From Felis catus (lineage: Eukaryota), in NCBI RefSeq assembly GCF_018350175.1, contig NC_058368.1, positions 111,106,001-111,170,000 of the forward strand: a stretch of 64,000 bases of DNA, given 5' to 3'. The notes beneath the pieces were generated by a model. That model saw only the letters and a program-made list of their open reading frames with translations, searched no databases and had not been told where the DNA came from. Below, piece by piece: positions 50,073-62,569 of this stretch (position 1 is the stretch's first letter; the number at the start of each line of letters is the position of its first letter). The translations under genes were made by a program, and so were the position numbers.

Positions 50073-52233
50073 TTGTCTGCTTTCTTCTTAAACTCTTCCC
50101 GTGACATGTATTTAAGAGATCTGGAAATCTAAGGCCAAAGAATCTCCAGTGTCGCTGTTTTCTGCTAGTTGTGTGGATATTGCCAGACACAGGGCCCTTC
50201 CCAGAGTGTTTACATGTTCAGAAGGGCAATGCTTAACTCAAAAAAGGTCCTCTAATGTAGAATTACATGCAGCTCGGTGGCAAGATATTTTGAGCCAGGA
50301 GCTGCCGCTGCTAGTTCAGCCTCTGGGTCAGGCTAGGCCTGCAGTGGAGAGGAACCAGAGCTGTTGGGCCACCCCCAGAACGAATGACTGAGGACCTGGT
50401 ACCGCCCCACCCTTGTCTGAGCCAAGCTGCCTCATTTGCACTTTGGGATCACCACCTACTCTGGCCCAAGGAACCAGCCCTGCCAAAAACAGGTCCTGGG
50501 TGAGGCCGGGTCGTGTCCATACAAAGGTCAGAGCTTACCATGCATCCCCAAGACTGGCAGCTTCGTGGCTGCCAGAGCTCTCCAGGCTCCTTCTCCTCTG
50601 TTGATTTTTTCAGCGAGTATTAAAACTGAGTGTAGACAGGATGCCAAGCCCTGTGCCGGGTACTGCGGGGCACGCTGCCATGGGCAGAATGGATAGGCTT
50701 CCTGTCTTTGTGGAGCTCACCATCTGGAAAGATAAAGGAAAGTGGTGCTCAAGGGGCTGCAGTTGGCACCAGTGCAGGGACAGAAGTACCAGAGATGGCT
50801 TCACAGCAGTGGTGATCCTGGAGCTATGTGTCTGGCTTCTTAGGACCTCACTGTGGTGAGAGGTCCAGCTGCAGAAGGAGAGGCCCACAATCAGGGTAAC
50901 AGAACGTGGCAAGGCCTATAGTACCCTCAGGCACAGGATTCCAGAAACGAGGTCAAGAGCTAGGTCTGCATCCCCACACTGAATCTGGGGACGTTTGCAG
51001 CTCCTGGAGCTGAGTGGCAGCATCAGGCATCCTTTTGTTCAGAGCGAGACATGGGGGAGAAGACTGGTTTGCCTCTGCCCAAAACTGATGACCCCTGGGA
51101 TGGGCATATGGCTACAAGCATATCGTCAAGGCCTGTCTGGCCGGAGCACTGGAGAAGCCTTCCTGTGGCAGTTATATTTAGGCCATGAACCAGTTGAAGA
51201 GCAGTAAAATTTGGAATCCTAGAGGCTGGAGCTTGTCTTTTTAGAGAAACTGGAAGGAGGCTGGCATAGCAGCAACTTGGGCAAAAGGACCACGTCTCAA
51301 GTGAGGTTGGGGTCTTGCTAGGATCAGACGTGCAAGGTCTTGTAGCCTCAGAAGGAGCTCAGACTTTCCTGAGGGCACTGGGAAACCTTAGAAATCTCCC
51401 TCCAGAGCATGTAGGCAGGAGTGTCATGTCAGAGATGAGGATTCTGAGGTTGCACAGGGGATTAGCAGCACAGCTAGGGAGAGTCCATATCCCTCAAATT
51501 TCTTGTAAACCTTTATCTGAGAAGCGCTCCAGACTCCTGCTGAAAAACTTAGGAGAAGATTTCTGGCAGCTGGGCGTCCCCCTGCAGATGTCCCTCTCCT
51601 GCTCCAGTGTTTTCTGTGGCTCCCTAAACCTATGTGGTCACAGACCAAAAGAATATAAGGGCCAGGTGTGCACCCCGAGTCTGCTATCTGCTGTGTGACC
51701 TCGAGAGCAGACCAAGAAGCCAAGGCAGGAGACTTGCTCATGGGACTGACCACTATGGCTGGACTAGAACCCACATCTCTTGACTCCTCAGATAGTCCTC
51801 AGACTTCTCTCCACATCCATGTCTGGCCGCTAGGCCTAGCATTGAAGGCCCTGACCTGGCCACTCACCTGTAGTTACCCTTTGCACCCACCAGCACTCCC
51901 ACCCCACCCCTACATCTATAGGCCATGTAGATGTCAGACTGCATTCCAGGTCCTGGAGGAGGGTCCTCCACCCACTTTGTGGCCCTGTGCCCTCCTCAAG
52001 GGCAGCAGTAGGCACTTACCTTCTGTTCCCCACCAGCTGTCCCTGACTCACAGGAGCCCCATTTATCTCAGGTCCTGCGGCTCTGAGCCTAGGACACATT
52101 AGCAGGGCAAAGTGACCTGGAAGTTGAGGCACAGGTGATAGAGGACTATCATATGGATGGCCCATAGTGATCTTGGTTTTGACTGAGCTGCTCGGGGTAA
52201 CCGCCTCCCTCCTGCTCTCTCTTTCCCTGGCAG

Positions 52234-52362
52234 AGGGGTCTGGGAAGAGAGCAAAGGGCAAGAAGAGCGACTCGAAAAGGAAAGGCCGTGAGGGCCCGAA
52301 GGGCAGCCCCGAGAAGAAAGAGAAAGTGAAGGCGGGACCCGACTCAGTCCTGGGGCAGCTGG
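52234..52362 (+). CDS. JADE2: JADE2 cassette coding exon 10 (EGSGKRAKGKKSDSKRKGREGPKGSPEKKEKVKAGPDSVLGQL)
   Basis: Pyrimidine tract plus ggcag acceptor, G|gtgagt donor; 129 nt, symmetric phase 1-1, open frame; resembles the insert of the long human isoform as I recall it. Confidence 0.9.
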
Positions 52363-53211
52363 GTGAGTGAGTGGCCACACTGGCCTGGCGGACATGGCCA
52401 GGCTTACACCATCACTCCACTTGCAGCCCCGAACCTAAGGCCAGCAAGGTCCACCAGCACTTCTGTTGCACAGAGTAGGAAGCCCAAGAGGGCTAGCCAG
52501 GCCCTTCCATGCCCAGGTGCTCATACCTTTTAACCATAAAGGAAAGTAGATAGGGTCTCTGTCCCATCTGGCATCCCAAGAAATTCCCCTTTTGTACATC
52601 TGGAGGCTGGGCCAGGGTCTCAGGAGCTGCCCTCACATTCTCTTAGCCAGACTCCTAGAGTCCTCAGGGGGCATGTGGGCCCTCTGTGCCCTTACAGAAT
52701 GTAGCCCTATGCTGGGAAATGAGGGTCAGCCAGAATTCTCCATCCTGGTCCCACTCTGCTGGAATTTCTCAAATGAGCCTTCCCTTCAGCACTAGGGAAC
52801 CTTCCTGGAGCCACCCAGAGAGACCCAAAGGAGTGGCCACAGGTATTGGCCCAGTACATGGTCAGTCACAGACTCCTTAGTGCTCCTACATTAAGCAGAA
52901 CAGCCCTTGAGCCCTCTACCCGCCCCCCCCCCCCCCAGCTTTGGGCTTTCTCTCCCAGGGTATCACATGCTTCCCCTAGAACACTTCCTCAGGGATGACA
53001 GTGGAATTGTCCAGACCTGTCTCCAGCAGGGAAGCCTCATGTCATCTTGTATGTCCCTCATTCTCAGGAATGGGACCACTTGACCACTTGGGTATCAGAA
53101 GGAAGGCCCAGTATCACCTGCTGGCCCTGACATCCAAGAGGGACCTTCTACACAGATGCACTTGGCTACCCTATCCAACTTGTCTGCTTCAGAAATAATT
53201 CTCACAAAAAA

Positions 53212-53231
53212 ACAGCGCCCCCTGGTGGCCT
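53212..53231 (-). promoter_or_regulatory. CTCF binding motif
   Basis: Reverse complement reads AGGCCACCAGGGGGCGCTG, essentially the CTCF core consensus. Confidence 0.8.
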
Positions 53232-53284
53232 GAGGCGTTTTCCTTCATTCCTTCATCCTCTGCGTCCCCAGGATGGGAGAGGTG

Positions 53285-53445
53285 CAGAGCCGGCTTCATG
53301 GGTGTGTGTACCTGTGCAGTCTCAAAGGGCTCTTGCTTGGTTTAATGCTCTACTGTTGTCACCTTGAAATACCTTAATAATTTTTGAACAGGGAGCCCAC
53401 ATTTTCACTTTACATTCTGGGTTCCAAATCATGAAGCCAGTTCTG
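53285..53445. mobile_element. hAT MITE (MER91-like)
   Basis: Terminal inverted repeats cagagccggcttcatg / catgaagccagttctg (14 of 16 match). Confidence 0.7.
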
Positions 53446-53675
53446 GGAGTAGGTTGTCCTGGGGAGAGGGGTATATGGTGTGGACCCATATAGTCCCTCT
53501 TTGGTGGTGTTGACAGGAGGGATCAGCAAACAAGATGGCTTAATTGGGTCTGGCAAGAGGAAGAGAGGGAGGGAGGTGCACAGTGGCCTGCTGGGGAGGG
53601 TCCGGGAGGGCTTCCTGAAAGGGTGGGATACACACCTACAAGCGTTTCACTTGCTTCCTCTCTCCCCTTGGCCAG

Positions 53676-54484
53676 GCCTGTCCACCTCATTCCCCATCGA
53701 TGGCACCTTCTTCAACAGCTGGCTGGCGCAGTCAGTGCAGATCACAGCAGAGAACATGGCCATGAGCGAGTGGTCACTAAACAATGGGCACCGCGAAGAC
53801 CCCGCCCCGGGGCTACTGTCAGAGGAGCTGCTGCAAGACGAGGAGACACTGCTGAGCTTCATGCGGGACCCCTCACTGCGACCTGGGGACCCTGCCAGGA
53901 AGGCCCGTGGCCGCACCCGCCTGCCTGCCAAGAAGAAGCCACCGCAGGACGGGCCTGGCTCACGGACGACTCCGGACAAATCCCCCAAGAAGCCCTGGGG
54001 CCAGGATGCAGCCAGCGGCAAGGGTGGTCAGGGCCTAGTGGCCCGGAAACCAACGCGGCGAACGCCTTCCCACCTGCCGTCTAGTCCCACAGCTGGGGAC
54101 TGTCCCATCCCAGCGGCCCCCGACAGCCCCCCTCCTCTGGCCCCTGAGACCCTGGACGAGGCAGCCCCAATGGCTGCCGACTCGAATGTCCAAGTGCCTG
54201 GCCCTACAGTGAGCCCCAAGCCCTTGGGCCGGCTCCGGCTGCCCCGAGAAAACAAGGGAACCCGGAGATCGCCAGGTACCGGGCCTGATGCTGGGACAGG
54301 ACCGCCCTCTGCTGTGGCCGAGAGGCCCAAGGTCAGCCTACACTTTGACACTGAGACTGACGGCTACTTCTCTGATGGAGAGATGAGCGACTCAGATGTG
54401 GAAGCTGAGGACAGTGGGGTGCAGCGGGCTCCCCGGGAAGCAGGGGCTGAGGAGGTGGTCCGCATGGGGGTACTGGCCTCCTAA
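53676..54484 (+). CDS. JADE2: JADE2 last coding exon (GLSTSFPIDGTFFNSWLAQS...EEVVRMGVLAS*)
   Basis: tctccccttggccag acceptor; stop TAA 54482-54484; total CDS 2355 nt without and 2484 nt with the cassette exon. Confidence 0.97.
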
Positions 54485-57400
54485 GTCACCCCCACCCTGT
54501 CCCAGGCCCTGCCCTGGTCCTCCCACGAGGCCTCAGCCCAGTCACAACTGCCATTTCCAATCTCTGCTGAGTGTCTCAGATCCTTGAGACTGCCACTCTG
54601 TTGTGGTTTTATTTTTAATATAGAGAGAGTTTTGAATTCCACACTGTTGTCTTTCCTCTGTGCTGGCCTAGGACGTTAGAATTCCTTCCACGGCTCTGGC
54701 CGCAGGGGCTCTAGCAGGTCCTGTGCCCCATCCCCGCCGCGGCAGCACCCCGCCCCGGCCCACGCGGCATTGCTGGGCTCCTGGCTAGATGTAGGCGAGG
54801 CGAAGAAGAGCTCAGGACTCCAGCCCGCTGCCACTGGGTGACACAGACCGTCGTTTGGGCATTATTTCATGGTAGATGGGCCAGCCCAGGGCCTGCCCCG
54901 CCTTGCCCCCAAATTCCACTGGGGTCCATTTGGGGGGTCCTGCTGCACTCCACTGATCCCCAAGGAAGTATAATAAGTGATCCCCAGCCAGAGTCTACTC
55001 ACTGTCACAAGCACAACGAGCTTATACAAGAAAGCACTGAGGGGGCGCAGAGGGCCCGCTGGTTCCAGAGGAACCACTGCTGTTCCTGATAAACCCACAT
55101 CATCTGAGGCCTGCCCGCCCACCCCGCGACCCTCCACTCCCTTGCTGCTCCACCCCTGCCAGTGCCCAGCCCGGCGGCTCTGAGAAGGGGTTCCTAGAAT
55201 CCTTCCTGAGCTGTGCCATTTACTCAGGGGACTCCCAAACAGCCAGCCAGCCGCCAGTGCCGGTGGAGGGCTGCAAGGGAGGGCCAGTGCCCAGACAGGG
55301 GCGTGGGGCTCAGACTCCCCCCACTTAGAGAATTGCTCTGGGGCTCCAACTTCCTTCCTTCCTTTGGGGCCAGTCTCGGCTGACGTCTGGTCACTCCCAG
55401 ACAGCTGACCTGACCAGACCAGACCGTTTGCCTTTTCAAATTTTCCAGTCCTGCTATGAGATGAGCTTCTTCCTCGGTTTCCTTTTGGAAACTCCTCCTT
55501 CCAACAAGCAAGTGGGATCCCGGGGCCCGGGGCAGGCCGTGTTGGCCTGCTGTGGCTGTTTCAAGTCTTGCTGGATGTTCCTGGTTCCTCTGTCCCTGTG
55601 AGCCGTTACCCCCTTCCCTGGTTCTGCCCTCCCTACCCACCACCACCCACCCACCTTTTCTGTCCCATCCCCTAGGTCCCAGGTAGTTGCTCTGAAGAGT
55701 GTCAGTGGAGTGGCCCCAGGGTGATAGCTCAGGGAACAAACAATAAAAGGAATTCAGTGAAAACATGGGTTTTTTTTGTTTTATGAATTACTCCTGGGTC
55801 ACTTCCACCACTGGTGAAGCCAGAACTTCTCCGACAAGAAATCTTGCATAAGTCCAGTGAATCAGTCGAATCATTCTGTGGATGCCAAAGAATATTTTGA
55901 CCATAATACAGCACAGCCTGGACCTGACAACTTGTCGCTTGGACTTTTTTTTTTTTTTAACGGAGTTCTTTAGCAACAAAGTGTAGAGAGACATGTTCAT
56001 TGTACACACCCAAGGAGAGGAGCCCAGGCTCTTGGAAGAAGATGTTGTTCTGCTGCTGAACCGTTGGAATTGGGACGCGGGAACCAGGTGTTGGGACTCC
56101 GGTCCTGGGCTGGGCCCACTGTGAGCTTTCCTAAACTCTGAGACTCACAGAGGGGAAGAACAGTGACAGCAAAACCAGCATGGCAAAGGTCTTCACCATG
56201 TGGTTCTCCCCACACAAACACTCAACGTGCAAATCGGCGGGATGGGCAGCAGCTTGACCACCCACCCCTGACTCCAGAACTTCCAAGGTACGACAGTGGC
56301 ATTGTCATCGACGCACGGTTTCATGTGAATTTTAGCAAAACGGGAAACAAAGCTAGGACTCAGTTCAGAAGATCAGGCAAATGTGTCCAGTTGGAGTGGA
56401 CTCGGGGCGGGCTTCAAGGATTCTGGGCGTTGGAATGGCACAAGCTACCATGTGGAATTTAGTCTGCCTGCCGTCTTGGTAGTAACGGCCAGTGCAGTGT
56501 CCGCACCAGCGGCCCATCCCCGTTCTCTGTTTACTGCCTTTGAACAGTCCTCCTTCCTTCCCCGTGCTTTGGGTCACAATCTTGTCTGTGCCAGATTGCC
56601 CAGTCTGACCTCACAGGGAACCAAGTGAGGAGCTTAAAGAACAACCAAACTCTGCCAGGGGGAGAGGTGGGGTGCCAGGAATGGCTCCTGCCCAGTAGAC
56701 TCCACGCTTGTCCCCCTCCCACCGCTTCAGGCATACGGAGGCGAAGTCTGGGCTCCCTGGGGACAGAGGCTAGGGCAGGAGGGCAGGAGAGAACACGGAA
56801 GGGAATATACTACAGCGTGTCTGGCTGGGGTCAGGAAGGGCAGCCAGCACCCTTCAGGGGTACTCCACCCAAGTTGGCCTCTGGATTCCCTTCTGTGTTG
56901 GCTCTTGCTTTGGACTGGACTATCCCTGGGGCTGTGTCCTGCGCAGGGCTCAGGGATCTGTTAGGCTAGCTGGTGGGGGAGGTGGGAGAACATTAACTCC
57001 CAGACCTGGCCCTAGAGCTGTTCTTGCCCCGCAGCTGTCCACCTCTGGGATGTCCAGCAAGACCACACAGAGGACAAGGATACTGGTTCCCACCATTAGC
57101 CGCAGCCCTTTCCACTCTTTTTCCCATCTCCTGTCCACAGTGTAGACAGCTTTGCCAACCCTGGGGTTGAGGGGGGAAGCAGGGAACGAGACAGAAGTCC
57201 TTTTGCAGGCCAGAGGCTGAGGCAGATCTTTTGCTTGAGCACCTCTGCCCACCATACTCACTGGCCCTCTCCCAGGAGGGAGAAGCTCCTATTACTCCTC
57301 CTGGCTGCCATCCACCCTTCTCCTGGTCCTGGCTGCACAGTCCTCCTCCTCATCACAGCCAGGAAGGATGAGGTGCAAGGAAAGTATTTTTATGGATCAC

Positions 57401-58425
57401 AAATGTATTTTAAAGTCAATAAGGAGAAGAAAGGTAGAAGGGTTTATTTTATTAAATGAGCTCTGACTTTGTGACAGTGTATGAGCATTTGCTATGTCAG
57501 GGTCTCGGTTTCCTTAGAGAAGCCACCTGGGTTTCCGGACGTGGGTGCCAGTCTGTAGGTATGCATGTGCCAGGGCACGTCTCGTGTGTCCACGTACGTG
57601 CATGTCTGCGTGTTGCATTTGGGCATATTGTGGGACCTGCTGGGGCAATTTCTAGAGCATCGACTGCCCGATGATACTAACAGACATTGGCAGCAGCTGA
57701 ACTTGGCATTTCCTTGCTCACTGCCAGATGTGGCCAACCTCTGGCCATGCCTGAAGCTCTGCAGAATGGTCTGGATGCCTGTACTAAGGCCCTTGGGGAG
57801 GCCACTTCCCATGCCCCTGGCCCAGCTGGCCACATTGGCCAAAGAGCCAGGGCTGGAGTCTGGGACTTTTGGTTGTTCTTTAAGGCACTTCCTGCCACCT
57901 TGTCCCTCAGATGCACAACACTCTGTGCTCCACAAACGGCTCGGGGTGGGGGGATGATATGAATGTCACAGGAGGAGACACCTTCTGTCCTTGTTTCAAA
58001 GAAAGTGATGTGCCATTTGTTAATATACAAGAGAAATATTGAAAATATATTGAAAAGAGCAATTTTAAATTATTTTTGGCTTATGTTGCAATATTTATTT
58101 TCTTGTATTAGAAAAGATTCCTTTGTAGAGAAAAAATGTATTTTTCATTAACGCAAAGACCTATTTCTCCTTTTTGTACATTGTCCATGTTCGCTACCCT
58201 TAACGAGCAATAGAATGTATGGCCGCTTTGCCGTGGCCAGTGCCCGCCATGCCCTGCATGATTCTGTGTTGCCGCTGCTGCGTAGCTCCTAGTCCCATCC
58301 TGTCCCACTCACTCATGAGGGTTTCCAGACCCTGGCCCCAACCAGGGCCTGTGTCTCAAGGAGCCCTTTGCACTCCTCGTGTGTTGGCAAACGCAGTTAA
58401 TAAAGCAATGTTTTCTGTGCTGGCT
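54485..58425 (+). other. JADE2: JADE2 3' UTR, about 3.9 kb
   Basis: No recognisable interspersed repeats after the stop codon; AU-rich block at 58000-58220; ends after AATAAA. Confidence 0.8.
58399..58404 (+). terminator. Polyadenylation signal AATAAA (distal site)
   Basis: gttAATAAAgcaatgttttctgtgctggctggtgtg: hexamer followed by GU-rich sequence; upstream UGUA elements at 58125-58220. Confidence 0.8.
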
Positions 58426-59715
58426 GGTGTGCGGCTCTGTTACATTCAGTGGAGGAGGGGGTCCACAGCCACCAGCCGGCGAAGTGAGTCAGCGAGTGCT
58501 CTCAGCGTGTCCCTCGGAACCTACTGCTACCTCGTAAAGAGTGCTAATAGGGATGGGCATAGCGCTCAACACCCATACTGTATTTCAGGGCAGTATTTCA
58601 TTTGTTTCTTGATGTTGGCATCCCCCGGAATTCAGAGCCGGTGAGGGAGGTACTCAAAGCCACACCTCTGATAAGAGGAGAAATTCAGTGTCACAGGCTA
58701 GACTGCTGTACTCTTCCCACCTCCCGTGAGCCACCTTCCTGGGACAGTTGGTAGGTTCGCCAGGAACCTTGGGCATCTGTCCCTACATCAGGGGAGATGT
58801 TGGCCCAGGTGTGTGTTTTCCATTCATTATTTCCTGAGCACCTGCTCCATGCCAGGCTCTGGAAAGTGTTAGGAATGTAGCTACCATCCCTGCCTCCCAG
58901 GGATGTTGTTTATGTTGTTTCAGGGATGTTTTTCAGTTTTATGTTGTTTTTCAGTTTTATGTTTTATGACCCAACAGGGATGCAGATGATGAGGGAACTG
59001 GGAGATATGGAGGCCTGGGCTGATTGGGGGATGGGAGGCTTCAGGAAGAGTTTCCCTAAGGAAGAGACACCACGCATTCATTTGGCCATTCAACAATGAA
59101 TCTATCGGCCATATACCTCGTTCTGCCAGTGTGGTGGGTTGTATACCACTAGGGTCCCGCCATCTAGAGCTTCCAGGCAGTGGAGACCTGAAGAATAAAC
59201 AGTTGCTTGGTCAAGGGCAGCTGGATTAAAAAGGGACAACAGAGTTCCTGAAAGGGCTCGGCATGTGCAAAGATGCATCAAACTGCAAACTAGGAAGGGG
59301 TCTTGAACCTCCCCTGAGAGCCCCAGGGGAGGCAGTTTGGGAAGGGGGTTGAATTGGGACTCAAGCTTCTGGGACCACTGACTTGGTTGTTTGCTGTTTT
59401 GTCACTGGTGCAATGGGCAATAGGTCCCCAAGGGTGCCTCCAGATCCAAGGTTCTGTGACTCCACACAGCAGAACACGGGAGCCAACCCAACTGGCTGGC
59501 CTTCGGAGCTGTCTGCTCTCTGGGCCAGCTGCCCTGGGCTCGGCACCCCAGCCTCCCCCTCCTCCCTCCCTCCGCCAGCATGATGCCAGGCTCACTGGGC
59601 CACCATGGTCCAGATGAGGGCTGCAGGGGGCCTGCCGCAAGACCCACACCTGAAAGCTGACCTAGCTGATAAATGTGGAGCAGGAGAGGCTAAGACACCT
59701 GTGCATCTAAAGCAG

Positions 59716-60272
59716 CAGTGTTCAATAGAAATCAAGTGCAAGCACACATGTAATTCTAGTAGCCACACTTTTTAAAAGTAAAAATAAACAGGTAAAATGC
59801 ATTTTAATTAATAATTATATTTAACCTATTAGATCCATGTACACTTAAACATGTAATTAATGTAAAACCATTATAATGAGATATTTTACATTCTTTCTTG
59901 TGCTAAGTCTTTGCAATTCAGTATGTATTTCATACTTCTAGTGCATCTCAATTTGGGGTTTTGGGGGCATTTAAGATTTTTTAAAAATGTTTTCAATGTT
60001 TATTTTTGAGATGAAGAGAGACAGAGTGTGAGCAGGGAATGGGGCAAGAGAGAGAGGGAGGCAGAATCTGAAGCAAGCTCCAGGCTCTGAGCTGCCAGCA
60101 CAAAGCCTGACGCAGGACTTGAACTCACAAACCATGAAATCATGACCTGAGCCGAAGCCAGACAGTTAACCAACTGAGCCACCAAGGTCCCCCTAGCAAA
60201 TCTCAACTTGGACTAGCTACATTTCAAGTTCAATAGCTATGTGGCTAGTAGCTACTCCACTGGCACTGTAGC
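59716..60272. mobile_element. MER33-like hAT-Charlie MITE split by a Can-SINE
   Basis: caatagaaat...ctagtagccacac...gagatattttacattc...ggactagctacatttcaag...tgtggctagtagctac. Confidence 0.75.
59977..60193 (-). mobile_element. Can-SINE
   Basis: Typical body; flanked by the approximate repeat ctag..catctcaatttgg / ctagcaaatctcaacttgg. Confidence 0.88.
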
Positions 60273-61830
60273 CCTACAGACCATCGGCTTTCTCCTGGGT
60301 TGCTTCTATGGGGGAAAGCAGAGGAGTAGACCTGGCCTTAATTCCCAGCCAGGTCCCTCTGGGCTCCCTATCTTCACCCATTCAAGTCCATACAACTGCT
60401 TCATGGCAGGGGTCCCACAGCTGGTTGGTGACCCTAGGCCTTTGCCCCTGTTGCCTCTGCTGTCCTTGCCTACAAGGACAGGACAGGACGAGTGTGGACC
60501 AACCTGTCCACACCCTCATGAAGGGCCAGTACTCTCCCAGTATCTCCCAGGAAGGGTATGGCATTTATCTACCCTTCCATCTTGCCTGAATTGATTCTGT
60601 ACTCACTGAGCACCTGCTACTGGGCCCTGAGGACATTAGGATGACCATATGTCCCTATGGAGAGACCAGGCCAGTGTGGGAGACAGACTTTAATCATGTA
60701 ACCCCAGAGCAGTGTGCAATTACTCACTGAGACCATATTGTGAGTGTAAAGCCGGGGGGGGGGGGGGGGAGGTGGTCTCTGAATTTCCCTTGTTCTCACC
60801 AAATTTCTGTCTGCAAGATGGGGTATGGGGTACCATCTGCTGCTTGCCTGGCCCCACCCCAGATGCCTCCACCTCCAAGTCCCAAAGCACACAGGGCCAG
60901 GACCAATCCTGCAGTCCCGAGTCTTAGAACCCTAGACCTCTTTGTCCCCAGGACACCAGTGACCCCCTCTCCATGGCCCTTTGGCCCTTCGTGAGCCAGC
61001 ACAGAGGAAGATCTTTGCCTTCAGGAACAGGGAGGCTGTTAAAGGGACAAGAGACCTCCTGAGAAGATAAGGCAGTGATTTAGGCCTGTGGGGCATCCAC
61101 CCTGGGTAGGGTAAGTGAACCAAGGATTTCCAGGCCCTGCTGTCCCCTAACTGCTAAAGCAAGGAAGGGAATCACTAGTGGTTTGCAGAGGGAGTGCTCC
61201 GTGTTCCCAGAGACTGCCTAAGTGCCTCTCCTTGCACCTCTGGCTGTGCCCAGAGGTGCCAGAGGCAGCCAAGGCCCTTTTCTAGGAGAGGGTTTCAGGA
61301 CTCGGAGTCACTGTGGACCCATGCCAGAAATGCAGGTTGCTCAAAGTGGTCTCATGCTAGGCTCCCCTTCATATGTGACCTCCACACTCCAGCCTCACCT
61401 GACCAGGCTCTTGGGGGCATCCATAAGGGCCAACTCCTCCACACTCTGAGCTGCAGCTGTCCCTGTTAGTGTCTGCCTCAGCCACCCACTCTTCATTACC
61501 CTGAGGAGAAGCACAAGCAGGACACAAGGCATAGTGATCACTATTTGGGGGTTGCTGATAAAAGAGGAGATCATGAAATAGGGATTTTAGGGCAGCCTTC
61601 TGGGGTTCAGGCAGACTTACTGCCAAGAGTCAAAAAGGGAGAAAAGGTGGGCTCAGTCAAGCAGGCAACTTGGGCCAAGCTGAGTGTATCGGGGTGGGGC
61701 TCAACACCCAGTGCTCCAAGCCAGGTCTGGATTTCAGAAGCATCCCTGCCATCCATTCTAAAGGCAAATGGGTTGGGATGCTAAAGCCCTGGTCCCGGTT
61801 TGTGAGGGAGACCTTCAGTGGGTTAGAATG

Positions 61831-62206
61831 TAGAGTTGCCAGATTTAACAAATAACAGTTTTGGACACACAGTGAATTAGAATTTCAGACAAATACTGAA
61901 TAATTCTTTAGTACAAATATGTTCTTTATAAAAAAAATGTTTAATGTTTATTTATTTTTGAGAGAGAGAGAGAGAGAGAGAGAGAACATGAGCATGGGAG
62001 GGGCAGAGAGAGAGGGAAATACAGAATCTGAAGCAGGCTCCAGGCTCTGAGCTGTCAGTGCAGAGCCTGACGCGGGGCTCGAACTCATGAGCTGTGAGAT
62101 CATGACCTGAGTCGAAGTCGGATGCTTAACCACATGAGCCACTCAGGCACCCCAAGTACAAGTATGTTCTAAATATTGCATCCTGTATTTTACCTGGCAA
62201 TCCTAG
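61831..62206. mobile_element. MER53-like hAT MITE split by a Can-SINE
   Basis: Inverted termini tagagttgccagattta / tttacctggcaatccta. Confidence 0.7.
61926..62153 (-). mobile_element. Can-SINE
   Basis: TSD agtacaa(a/g)tatgttct at 61910 and 62155. Confidence 0.92.
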
Positions 62207-62569
62207 TGTGAGCCTCTTGTCCTCCAATTATACTGGGTCCCAGGTAGAGGAGCAGTGTGGTGAGTGATTTGCCGTTGTGTATATACACTGAAGCAGATCC
62301 AAGACTGTCCCCACAGCCCTGAAATTCTCACCCTTGAAGTTCGAAAGCAATGGAAAGGGGGATGCAGCCACGGGCAAGGACATCCAGAACCCATGCTGCA
62401 CCTGTCTAACTGTGCTACAGCCCCCTTTACATCTCACATGCCAACCCAAGGCTGAACAGAACCTCAAGGTGTCCTGGAAAGGATCCTGCTTGCTAGGATT
62501 TGAGGCCCACAGACCATTTATTTGCTGACTCAGGTCAGCATCTAAAACGTTTATATTGTTTGCTATACT

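Larger units (their letters stand above)
5380..58425 (+). other. JADE2: JADE2 (PHF15) gene locus; transcription start approximate and probably multiple
   Basis: Spliced translation of the exons below gives MEEKRRKYSISSDNSDTTDSHATS...EEVVRMGVLAS, which I recognise as JADE2. CpG island upstream, AATAAA at 58399-58404. Confidence 0.97.

Noticed and set aside
53480..53675. N-terminal part of the 334-aa ORF
   Set aside because: Intronic open frame ahead of the acceptor at 53675; JADE2 similarity starts at GLSTSF.
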